Translations under genes and position numbers: made by a program
Assembly (NCBI RefSeq): GCF_964204865.1
Contig: NC_135261.1
Location: 13,206,001 to 13,270,000 of the forward strand
Origin: Styela clava
Lineage: Eukaryota
Length of the DNA: 64,000 nucleotides
Reading direction: 5' to 3'
The notes under the pieces: model-generated
Told to the model about the DNA's origin: nothing
What the model saw: only the letters and a program-made list of their open reading frames with translations
The model's database searches: none
Shown: in pieces, positions 1 to 11,391 of the stretch
How the letters are laid out: each line of letters opens with the position of its first letter
How positions within the stretch are numbered: the first letter of the stretch is position 1

Positions 1-843
1 ATAATCCGCCTTAACTTGCTTCGACTATAAAGCATAATTTAATGAAATTCGTAAATAAAATACTATTATTCAGACTCAAAAAACGATAATATCTTAAAAG
101 TGGGTCATCGCGGAAGAGTTTTTTAAATTTGATTCTATAAAAAAAAAATCGGAATTTTCTACGCTCACTATTTACATAGAGTCGACTTAGTCTTTTACTT
201 ATGTTTTTTTTTTAAAACCCGCTTCAACGACAATCGACGCAGTTCGAAAACAGCCTTTGATTACGTATACTGAGAACTCGTTCCAGAAGTTGTATTCATC
301 GCACATTCATGAATAGGGTGTTTAACCTGTGATTTTTTGTATTTACTTCTAGTTCCTAATTGCGTAGTTTAATAAAGATTGAAATGACCAATGTAACGCT
401 GGACAGAAATGTTTTATTGCATAGGAAGCCCAAACGGTAATCGGGCAATGACGCAATATTTATAACAAATCCCAATAACTCAAGTTTATATAGAAATAAA
501 CATAAATTTAATCACCATGTTTATTCACATAAATGTATCAGAATCTTTGTGAAGACTTTTAAAGCGCTTTCAAGGTCATTCTAAACGGTCGAAAGACGCA
601 AATTTTTGTTCAAAGACCACTCAGAGTATATATAATATGCTGAATAATATGTAGTAATATGCTGAAACTTCTGGACAAACCATGAGGTTTTTCAGCCAAA
701 TTCACTACTTGAGTGTTACTTTCGACACGAAGAAGAGTAGTATCCAGTTTAGTTGAGAAATGCAAAAATCTCGATTTGTCAATTTTGTAAAAATGTACAG
801 TTGTGAACAGGAATTCTCAATCATGAAAATGGATGAATCTTAG

Positions 844-2219
844 CTACGGACTCGTTAACAAATGAACATTTAAATTCAGTGATGCGCATCGATATTTCTT
901 CTTCGAAGTCCAGCATTTTGAATTCGTTCCGCCAAAATCCTTATCAAAGTTTTCAACGTTTTTGAGGATATTAAATTGATTCAGTAAATAGTTATTCATT
1001 TTGGATTTTACTAGCCACATATTCTCATTCAAGTTGTGCACTCATGGAGCATAACCTACACAGTTTCACCAATGTTTCTACGACTATTTTTTATCAAATC
1101 AAGCAATAATCATCATCGTGCTTCTAATAACTCATACCTTTTAACAAGTTCAGTCATCAAACCTTTTCCTCGGTATTTCGGAAGCACAGTTAGCATTTTT
1201 ATTTCCCAGTAACTGCCAGTTCCGAGGACGGTTGACAAGTCATTACCGAGCATCGACGTCAGGAGCTAAATCAAGATATATATTGAGATAAATATCAATT
1301 GTATCACAGGTAATTACATTCGGTAATAGAGACAGTCAATTGTTGTATTGCAATTTTTCAGGAGTTTTATGTTTATTTATTTATATGACCTTTAAAACGA
1401 CTGCATCGCGAAAATTCGATTTTGTAAGTCATTCAGAATTTTTTGATTTCATTAACTTTCCAGACAAAAAAATTCTAATTCCAATCAAATGATAATAGTC
1501 GTTGACATTTCTTTTGAGTAACCGATTTAAAGCATGTTACCCGATTTACAGTTGCTTCCTTTTCGCTTAAATGTAAGGTATTTTCGTATTTTATCCAATC
1601 ATTTTCATCAGGCTTTACATTAATAGCTACTCCGCGTAATTCATCATCTTTACCATGAAAAGCTCCAATTGAATTTCCCCGGCTTAGGAAAGGCTAAAAA
1701 GGAAATATGATATCCCAAATTAAATTCCTATGGAAAGTAGATGATCTCATAATTCAGGATTATTGTTAATATTAAATGGACACGTGGAAAATTATCTGTG
1801 GAAGACGATAAACAGTAATACTTTATTTCACTCTCGAATGCTTTTGAGTATATATACAACGGAACAACAACTGACGGAATAACTTCAATAGTCTTACTGT
1901 AAGAATGAGATAGTGAATAATAAATGAGCTCTTAGTATACTTCTACAAGTAAGTAACAAAATTACTTGAACTTGGCATAAACAGGTTCAACAAACTTATA
2001 TAAAGCAAAGAACAACTTTTAATTCTAATACCACAAAATAATAGTCGATTTTCGCACCTCAATTAGAGTATAATATGTTAGCATTGATGTTTCCTTAGTG
2101 CAATTCAAATGCTTTCCCAGGGCAGTATGTGGTGTGTAATTTTCTTCAATCAAAGCTCGAACTGCGGACAAATCGCCCAAGTCAAGAACTTTGTATGTGA
2201 TATTACTTAATGAGGCCAT
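844..2219 (-). CDS. GNAT-family N-acetyltransferase (arylalkylamine N-acetyltransferase-like); last exon apparently disrupted, so possibly a pseudogene or null allele
   Basis: Exons 2219-2058 (MASLSNITYKVL...LIE), 1693-1541 (PFLSRGNSIGAFHGKDDELRGVAINV...) and 1265-1138 (...YWEIKMLTVLPKYRGKGLMTELVK) have GT-AG introns and matching phases 0,0,2. VLPKYRGKGL is the GNAT motif A acetyl-CoA loop (R/QxxGxG/A). The putative exon 4 from 1055 reads RLCSMSAQLE*EYVASKIQNE*; a shifted frame stays open to 844. Confidence 0.75.
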
Positions 2220-2340
2220 ATCCGAAATAAAGTATTCTGTATAACGTAAAATTAAACAAAAATGTAGTTGTTAAGGTTATTGCATTTTTGACTGGCAAGT
2301 TCGATGAATAAAAATGTGACAAAATTATTGAATCATCAAT

Positions 2341-2636
2341 AATAAGACGAGAATATCGGTCAGAGACCGAAGACTTATCGATCGAAAGTTATGGGATCCC
2401 CCAAAACAGCGCTCTTACTCCATAGTGACACCTTGTGTCCCCTCACTAATAATTAATAACCCGCTAATTATACGACATAATTCATCCAAAATCAATAGGC
2501 TTCTGGTACGACATATGATGAATGCACATGCAAAATCTGGAGCAGATTCAATCTCGCTTTCGTGAGATATCGCGTGCATCTAACAGACAGACAAATACCT
2601 ATCGACATACTTACCGATTAAAATCGATAAGTAATA
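2341..2636. mobile_element. Non-autonomous Helentron/HINE (DINE-1-like) element
   Basis: Short hairpin TCGGTC-aga-GACCGA at 2356-2370. ACTTATCGAT (2373-2382) is inverted relative to the terminal ATCGATAAGT (2623-2632). Terminal stem-loop ACTTACCGATT-aa-AATCGATAAGT at 2609-2632. An ACAG microsatellite lies at 2583-2593 and the flanks are AATAA-type. This layout is typical of HINE/DINE-1 elements. Confidence 0.6.
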
Positions 2637-2930
2637 ACGACGAATCGTTATACGAATATAAATTATGGTTGCATTGAAAAATAATCTAGAAGAAACTAAG
2701 ATCGAAACTAGTATTATTCAAAAACAATTATGTTGAACAATCTAATCTAGATTCTCATTATTTTGCATATATATATATATTATTTCGTATAAAATGCCAA
2801 AAACAAGGCAATAGTCAGTCATTTAAAAATTGAAGAGATAAATTTACGTTATAGACGGCATTTGCCGTCAATAACTTGAGTAGTTTTTTCCATTTGCAAT
2901 TTAGTGGTGTATTTGTTGAACTTTTTAAGG

Positions 2931-2996
2931 CAGGGTGGTCCAAGGTTGCGAAGTTGAAGGGCCGCAAAAACTTTTGAAGACGTCTTGCGGGCCGCA
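2931..2996 (+). mobile_element. hAT (Charlie-like) MITE terminal fragment
   Basis: CAGGGTGGTCCAAGG start with GGGCCGCA subterminal motifs, similar to the hAT ends at 44829, 45279 and 45933. No partner end found. Confidence 0.45.
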
Positions 2997-3452
2997 TTCG
3001 GAGAAAACCCAGAAGTGATCGAAATATCGCGAGTTTGCTTACTCTAAATTAAATAAACAACGAGAGGTTACCGTTCTAATTAGACTAATATTGCATTATA
3101 GTTGCAAACCTTTTTTGGGCGTAAATCTCCCTTTGCCTATGTTCTAGCTTCTACTTTCTCCCCAACTACGCATAATACTTTATTCGCATTTGCTATTCGA
3201 TCTTTAACAGAACGTTCGCTTGCGATACGTGGAACTTGCACTCTGGATTTTCAATAATTTATAATACACGCATATATATGCATTACGCTAATACTAGATA
3301 TGTATGAGAATTAGTAATACCACGAGTAACGTAAATTGTAAAAGTAAAATTCCTACCTACCTTGTACGTGTACTATAGCTAAGAATCATGAGCGCGCAAT
3401 TAGAAACCAAAAGACGAAAACGTAAACCGAGACGAAGTAAATTGGTCTTTTG

Positions 3453-3547
3453 AAAAGGAAATTGCTGCTTGGGGGTAATTAATCAGTGAGCGGTAGTTAA
3501 TGCTACAAAAAAAGGAAATTGCTGCTTGGAGGTAATTAATCAGCGAG
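3453..3547. repeat. Short direct repeat (2 x ~38 bp, 57-bp period)
   Basis: AAAAGGAAATTGCTGCTTGGRGGTAATTAATCAGYGAG at 3453-3490 and 3510-3547. Confidence 0.85.
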
Positions 3548-4729
3548 GATAAAAATTAAAATGCAGGAAGAGAGTTCGAAACATATTAAGCGAAACATTG
3601 AATTTGAAAATTTGAATTGCGAAGCGCAATAACCCACGAAGTTTGTGATGTAACGCTCACGTTACCAATTTGTGTCTAGCAACAAGTTCCATTTGTTATT
3701 ATTCTCGCATTGTGGTTTGTTTTTCTTATCATGAACATGTTGATAGTATTTTCATATTACTCCAACATTGCTTAGAATAATGTTGTCCAAGAGGTCCTTA
3801 TATCCCGCTTTAGCAATTATATCAGTTCGCTCAAAGCACTGTCAAGTTACGCATCGCGCCCAAGAAACCACAGTTTTCATATTAAATTCATACAAAGGAA
3901 AAAGAAGTTTGCAATTTTACTCGTATGTATCCAACAAAACCATTTCAACTGCCAGAAAATTTCCCAGAAAATTGCCATTCGCTCATACAATGTCGTACAG
4001 CTGCTAGCACTTTTGTAGTGTATATAAAGATTTGAAAGTCATGTACCACGTATTTTCGAAGGTTTGGTGAGGTTTGCGAATAGGATCACTAGCAACGAAG
4101 GACGAGTCGCGACGCAAGTAAAGAAGCGAGTCATGAAATGCGTGGATTTGATTCGAATCTCAGCCCTCGGCAGTGATTACAATATTATTCAAATAACAAC
4201 AACAATCTACAAAAAAGAAATCAACAACAAAATTAAACAGTATTCTATCTAAAATAAACAGTAATTCTATCAGGTGGACACAATCGCGGTAATAATTCAG
4301 GGTCAGGAAAATTAGTTTTTCAACCAATACCTCTGAAATACGAATATGACGATCTAATGCTAAGAGGGAAGCATCTCCGCAATTTGGGATTCGAAAGTTT
4401 TCATTTCGGTTGAATACTTTGTAGCTAAAATAATACGAATGAATGATTTGCACATAAACGGACTAAAAAGAAGCGCAAATGATAGTGTCGGGGAAAAAAA
4501 GAAATGGATAAAACCATCACAGTTTATATTAGTCGCTATTTGCAACGTTATCTAGCTGATCCAGTGGTCGGCAAAGACTAAAATTAAAAATGAAATACAA
4601 AGGTGGTCATAAATGATAACATGCATCAAACCGAGAAATATATCAATCTGTATTATCTCAACCAACCATCACGTTTCATCTGTCATTCCGGTAGATCACA
4701 ATATGTGCAACGATATTAAAACAAAAGAA

Positions 4730-6526
4730 ATACCATGGCAGCTGTTTCAAATGGATTTATTTAAAAAAAAAACGGGCTGCTTGAATCCCCGACTTGGTAA
4801 TGAAATTTTACCAGTCTGGAATGCCGCAAACTCTGTGTTTAGTGTCAGGCACATTCTCTTGGGACATTCATGTAAGATTTTTCCCAGTGCTTACTTTCCA
4901 TGTTGATGAGTATACAAAGCAATAACTTTTTCAGGATGTTTTTGCATTTCTAGATTAACCAGAACTGCCAGTAGGACAGGGACTTCATTCGAGTAAATTA
5001 ACATTCAATCTATGCTGAATGCCGTACAAATTAATTCGAATCTTCTTGAATTGCCTCTCAAAGAGGAAGCTGCATAACATCATCAGTCAAGTCGTTATGC
5101 CAATCGTTGTCAGAGAACAACTGGTCAATGTGAAAAAATGATGATGAGACATACAAAAACTTCGAAATAGAAGATTCATATAGAAAACAGCTCGACTTTC
5201 TGACACAGTTCATCGTACTAACACGAAAACATTTGCTTCAATTCACTTAGAGAGAGAGAGATGAAGTTGAATGCAAAGTCAGCTATTAAGAAGGAAGGTG
5301 CTCACAATAGAAGAAGCCTAAAAATCGCACAGGAGAGAGGTATTACAATGGACGAGCTACCTCAGTATGATGTATGTACAAAGTCTTGTTTGAAGCTGAA
5401 GGATGTATGACTGAACCAATGAAAAGTACAATTGTCCACCAACTCAAAACGATATTTGGCCTCAGGTGACCTAAGTTACCTGTTATATTACGTCAAACAC
5501 TCGTAAAATTCCGACTGAGAAGTATTCCTTAGATGCATTTTTGAGGTTTTACATGTGCTGTTACACAGAACGAGACGCGGCTATCACATGAAATGGACAA
5601 GTTCTGGTAATCAATAAAATCAAGATTGAATGTCCAATTCACAAAGAGGCCATTGAAAAGAAAAGGTTTCTATCATCGTTGCAAATAATTGTGAGCCATC
5701 TGAGAACTTGCTGACGGCATTTCCATTCCTTGTTGGTCAAATCCTTCTAATACCACAGTACAATTATTCGGCCTCCAGAAGGAAGTGGGAAACGCTGACA
5801 TTAATGGAATACCACATGCGAAGCACGGCGTTATCAAGAACAAAACAGATCGTAGTTTTATCATCTGGATACGGAGTCTTCATCTTCTTTGTCTACTGCT
5901 GCAGAAACTAAACATGGAAGACCTCAACGAACTTTAGGTTGGAAATGGTGTTAGAGCAATTGAACCTGGTATGTTTGATATCCTTCCTGACATTCATGCA
6001 TTAACCGACTGCGATTACACCAGCGATTGGAACAAAATATGGAGCAATTTCTGTCGATGCAGACACATATTTAAGAGAGTTCTATGTGCTGCGAAATGAC
6101 CTAGACAAATCGATAGTTAAGTCTCAGGTTCTGAAAAAAGGAACCAGCTCGGAAACAATGGACCAGCTCCAAAGCTACAAATATCATTCAAAGCAAGCAT
6201 TGTATATATGGTTACCCACCTGCAAATCATATCGGTAGAGCCTTTATTGCAACAAATGTGGACTATGTGGTGTCCCTAACTGCGTCTCAGCTGATTCTTG
6301 ACTCGCGAGAGTTCGGATTTGAACTAGTTCTAGATTTTTTTTGTTCTTGATAGAGGCAACAATTCGATTCCTGAATATCTTTCAATATAGCATACACATC
6401 CCTCAAGACGTGAGGGAGAAAACGATGGCATTGTTGCAAGTAGGAAAAGCCTGCTGTGCATTCTGTGATTGTGAAAGTGTCATCACGAGTGATAATTACG
6501 TATGTCAGAACGCTTTTGGTAGATAA
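4730..6526 (+). mobile_element. Decayed Academ (AcademX-type) DNA transposon ORF: transposase, XPG/PIN-like nuclease and Cys-rich C-terminus
   Basis: Frameshifted fragments occur in the expected order: PVWNAANSVFS (~4811), KIAQERGITMDEL / LFEAEGCMTEPMKS (~5320-5430), TKQIVVLSS..VFIFFVY (~5840, degenerate SxDTDV), ILPDIHALTDCDYTS (5980-6024, the HALTGCDxTS H2TH motif), ETMDQL...LP...HIGRAF (~6150-6245) and KACCAFCDCE...CQN* (to 6526). Many stops and indels; TIRs not identified. Confidence 0.7.
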
Positions 6527-7903
6527 GGCGATGAACGTGATTATTGGTTTCAAATAAAACAAGTTGTTTGAGTTTTTGGACAGCCTATGCAAAAAAGGGC
6601 ATATTTTAAGTTTACGCGACGGTAGCTTTGTATCAAAGTTGCTTTACTGAAAAACATGCAAATATTTACTTGTTTCTATTCTGTTTTATCTGCAGGGGTG
6701 AGAGTGTTTGTGAGTCGCCATTCGCTAATATGTTGAGCTTCTCCCAAAAATAGACACCAAGGTTTTCTAATAAAGGGATAAACTTTCTTAAAAATAGCAG
6801 ACCTAAATCTCGGGTACAAGTTTTACACACGTTATCGGCCATAGCAGATACATCTAAGTTCCCATACCGACGTTTGTATTCGGCATTTCGTCCATTATAA
6901 TGCAAGGTATGATGTTGGGACTTTTTTTTATCTATTACTTGAGCATCAAATTAATATGGACAAAGCAGCTAACAATTTGACAGTAGTGCTTATAAAAGCT
7001 TTTTTGACCACTCTAGTATTCTATGTCAGCGACTTTGTTGCTCCATTAACAGCTGCCTTTGTCGGACCCTTTTTATGTAAAAATAGCTATGGAAACTACA
7101 TTGACCCGTGTTCAGCCATAAATCAGTGGTTACATGCAGTGATGAGCTGGGAAAATTGTAACAATCGGAACGCACCTAATTCGCAAAAATGTGATATATT
7201 CACAACACGACGGGGACATTTATAGAACTGCGAAGAAATTATATGAAATATGTTTGTGTAAAATTATAAGAAAATTATAATCCAATATTATTAGAAAAGT
7301 ATAGAATTTTCATGGGGTAAAAGGTCGGGGTAACATCTATTACACGTTACTGCTGTAGTAATTTGCGTGATGTGACGTAAAAAGATTTACAAATTATGAT
7401 GTAACAAAAAATTAATTAAATTAAAGTTTACCATAGAAACTAGACTTGTTGTATCACAATTTTACTTCAACAACAGGAACGCAAATTCAGTAAAATGTCC
7501 AACAAACGGAACGCCGTGTGTGATCACGCTCGACTTTTTTCTAGCTATATGTTTAATTGAACTCTTCACAATTGTGGTAAGCACAAAGACTTAATCATTA
7601 AAAGATACTTGCTTTAATCCGAATTCTTTCCGCTTTACAAATTCTTAAACTTTTCCTGGTCCACCTATATTTAACCAGATAAATTATGGGGTCAAACCCA
7701 ACTCTATTTCACTATTTGAATAAATTGCATGCATTTATTTGCGAAGACTAAAGCCTAACCCGAATGGACATAAAAAAAATTCCAAGAAAAGCCTATTTAC
7801 ATTGCTATACTTTTCATAAGATACGATCTTTAACACACCACTTCTGTAATTGTCGTTGCAGTTTTAAAAAAAAAAACAGTAATGGAATTATATTTTGTTA
7901 AAG

Positions 7904-8398
7904 CAGCAGTTCCCAAAGAGGCGATTTGCTAAGTGCGCTACGGAAATTACCAAACTTGCGTTAAACAAAACCAATATATAAATGTTTTGTTTCTTCTTTT
8001 TAAATGCGGTGAATATGAATCAATAAATTCATTTTACCTTTCTATGTCGTTTATCTTCTTTTACGCAGTCTCTGCCTCTATTGTTACGTAACAAAAGAGG
8101 TAAACAATACTTGCTGCAATTTCGCAAGCTGCAGTGTATTTATCTGCTGAACCGAGTTTAGCGAACATGAGTGATTTTTCAGCATTTCAAATAAAAAGCA
8201 CGCAGAGATGAGAAAGAAGAGTTCACTCTTTGTCTTTATTCTTTAGGCTTACATGTTAACAAACTTCAAAAAGTCAAAAGTACACATTATCAGTCATAAA
8301 ATTGAGTTTTATTTGAAGGTACTAATTTTTAGTAAGTGCGTCGTGAAAATTTTCCTGACAAGTTAGCGCCGCACGAACTAAAAATTTAGAAATCGTTT
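7904..8398. mobile_element. Decayed hAT-type MITE overlapping the lipocalin 3' UTR
   Basis: Left end CAGCAGTTCCCAAA; GTGCGC/GCGCCGC subterminal motifs near both ends; degenerate right end AAATTTAGAAATCGTT; no clean TSD. Confidence 0.35.
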
Positions 8399-8404
8399 AT
8401 TTTT

Positions 8405-10421
8405 CTATTTTCTGAAGTCAACATCGGGGCATTCCGACAATTGCAGTTGGGTAGTTGCTTGAATTTCGCTCAGCGCATTTCCAACTTGTAAAACTTCTTC
8501 CACTGATGTACTTTCAGTCGAAGTGTAAACAAGAACAACTTTTTCATCTGGAAAATTGAAGGTTACAATCTAAAATATACCCCACTCAGTCGTTAGAGCT
8601 TTAACGGCTGGTTTTTCAAGTGCTCGTTTAATTGGCACAATATTCACTAGTATAGCAAACAGAAGTTTCAACAAATGTGATTGAAACGAGCAAAAAATTT
8701 CAGACTGAAAAGACTATTATTAAGTGCGCCCAGCCCCGCACCGCACGAAGACTTTAAAATATGAATATCAATTCGTTGCTAATCCAATTGTAGAAAAAAT
8801 ATTTTGCCACTGTGAAGATATTTTTTTATTAAAACCTTTCTGGTTCGTTGTTTGTATTTATTTTTATCTCGATTCCAGTGGGAAAATGGATAATACAAAA
8901 ATTATAAACAAAATATTCACCGTCTTCTGCGTCACACAGCACGAGGATCATATAAGTGGAATAATCTGTGGCCACTGTAAGTTCTTCTTTGCCCATTCCT
9001 GTTTTTGTTGCTAAAATGCATAAAGCATTATCGTTACTGATAGTTCTTTACCTCATTTTATGTATTTAGATATTATTTAAGATCTCACCCTCAATAACAG
9101 CTTCCAAGTTATAATCTGTTGGAGTTATTTCGGAATCGGCTTCAATCGTCCCTTTTTCTCCTTGAAATTAAAAGTTTATATTAAATATATCGCTATTTCT
9201 ATTTATTACTCTGAATGTTTTCAATAGATACCTGCTCCATGATAAATAGAGGAACCATCTTGTTTTTCAGCATGAAACGTAAATCTTCGTGGATCAGCTC
9301 TGAAAGAATTTTGAGGGTAAGAATTTAAAATATAATGGCATCAGACGTAAGTTCGAGATGTCTTCTGAAATTGCGACTATAGTTTTTATGAAAATATATT
9401 TTCGTTGAAAATATTGATGAAAATAACGTCATAACGACCCCAACTTTTACATTGTGCTTTTTTAAATATATAAACGTTAGCCTAACTGTTTTAAACTGCT
9501 TTTTATTTATAGCTTTTTATAGTTTTGAGCCTCCGGCCCAGTAACTAAGTCTATGTAACTGGCCCACTCAGAAGTGTAATTGCCCTCCCCTTTTCTAATA
9601 CAATGTTGATACATCATATTTACCCGGATAAGTAGTAATTCTTGATGTAGAGTCGAAATCCATGAGTCTCAGGATTGGTAATATTTTCTATTACTTGGCA
9701 AGCTACAACGTTTGAAAAAACTTCATCAGGTGTATGAATCGTCAAATACCATCTAGGTGGCATCTAAAAAGCAATTTTATTTATTCATTTTTTCAAACTA
9801 AATTTTTTTCCTATTCCATTTATTTAAAATAAAAATGAATTTCAAATTCGAGTTTTTTTTGTAATCAACACTATCAGTATTTAGTATGCACATGAATGAA
9901 TATAACTGACAATTGCCATCCTAGTTTCATAAATCATAACAGATATAAACATGTGCATATGTATACAATAACAATCCAATATTTCACGAACAAAATAGAA
10001 ACAGAATACCAAAGAATAATGTCAAATTTTTAGCTCTTAGTTTTACGTACATTGTTCGTGGTTAAAAAATATGAGAAGAGATTTCAATCGTATTAACAAA
10101 CAAGTTTTTATGAAACTCTAATTTCTCGCGTTTTGTTCAAATTTAAGTACTTCTGATTTTTGAAAAATTTCGATAAAACAGTTCCCTTGCATGTATTAAA
10201 ATTTGTGTATATAATTCGATGAAGGTATCATAAGTTATAGATTCCAAAACAACGCCTCTTTTGTTTCTTGCTAACGTCAAAATATTAGATAACTTTACCT
10301 TGGACCAATCAATATCGTTCTTTGGCTCCTTTACATTGCATCCCAACTGGCTTCCACGTGCAGTCGCAAAATTATTTGCCACAAAAAAAACTGCTAAGGT
10401 TGCAATTATTGCAGAATACAT
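8405..10421 (-). CDS. Secreted lipocalin (calycin superfamily; apolipoprotein D-like outlier), 211 aa
   Basis: Six exons 10421-10299, 9763-9624, 9299-9232, 9160-9089, 9010-8921 and 8547-8405 (636 nt, phases 0,2,1,1,1, all GT-AG). Signal peptide MYSAIIATLAVFFVANNFATA; SCR1-like DIDWSKMPPRWY; SCR2 VATDYSTYMILVLC; C-terminal helix and Cys; four Cys in the mature chain. Confidence 0.88.
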
Positions 10422-11290
10422 ATTTAGTGCAGATGTATATATATGATGTCTGCAAGCTAATGATAAACAATAGTAAATATATTAATACAAGAAAGATGAA
10501 CAAATAGGGATTTGCTGCTTACAAACACATATGACTGAAGTTGAGTCTTCTGTTGATGGTGTAAGTCTAACCTATTCCAAACCTATGCTAAATTGTTTTC
10601 TGAGTTAAAATTCAGCTGTCAGCGCAATATAACAGATTATCCGGTTGAGATTGTCAAGCCGGATGAGGAAATTTTACAGTTGACAATTAAATGCCATTAA
10701 TTATTTTTTCAGTTTCTGTTGATGATGCGATATCGGTAAGTCTTCTGTAAATATTTAAAAAAAAAATAAAAATAAAAGTTTTTTAACATATTGCAATTAT
10801 TTTATAAAGCATTTCTCGCATTTTCTCTGGACAAGGATCTGCGCAAACCGTAGCTGATATGTTAAATATTTTATTTGAGTTTTGACCAGAATTTCTCGAA
10901 TTATTATTCCACATTGTCCCTCTAAATAAGATTGAAGCCTACGGATACGTAGTGGTCGTGATACCTGAGCAAAAAGGAAAAAATATATATATATATGGTA
11001 CAACAAAAAATTGTTGTCCAAACCCAGACGTCAAATCAAACTCTTGTGTTCCGATCTAAAACTGGCGGCAAAATTACTATTTCCGTGGGAGTGAGGGCAG
11101 ATGTTTGTTAGCTGTTTGGTGGAAGTGGTCAATGGGCCGACATATAATAGTCCGGCAGAATCGGGCCTCAACATTGTTTTGGGACATAAAGTTTTTTTTT
11201 ATTGTTTAGATATAATGTATATGACATATATAATGATACCCAGGTGGGTGTGGAGTATGTAACGTTGAGCAATTTTTTTTAAGTGGATTT

Positions 11291-11391
11291 GAAGTATTCG
11301 GTCCAAGATGACGCACATCCTGAACCCTAACCTGGTAAACATACGATGTTCAGGTTGTGCGCCATCTTGGTACGAATACTTCGAGAGCGCC
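11291..11391. mobile_element. Foldback MITE copy (same family as 53173-53284), left end eroded
   Basis: Inverted arms GAAGTATTCGGTCCAAGATGACGCACATCCTGAAC / GTTCAGGTTGTGCGCCATCTTGGTACGAATACTTC around an AACCCTAACC-containing core. Confidence 0.75.

Noticed and set aside
1025-1027. In-frame TGA as selenocysteine in the GNAT gene
   Set aside because: A TAA follows 11 codons later in the same frame, and I saw no convincing SECIS downstream.
3376-7547. TAGCTA... / ...TAGCTA as Academ terminal inverted repeats
   Set aside because: Similarity lasts only a few bases and there is no matching TSD.
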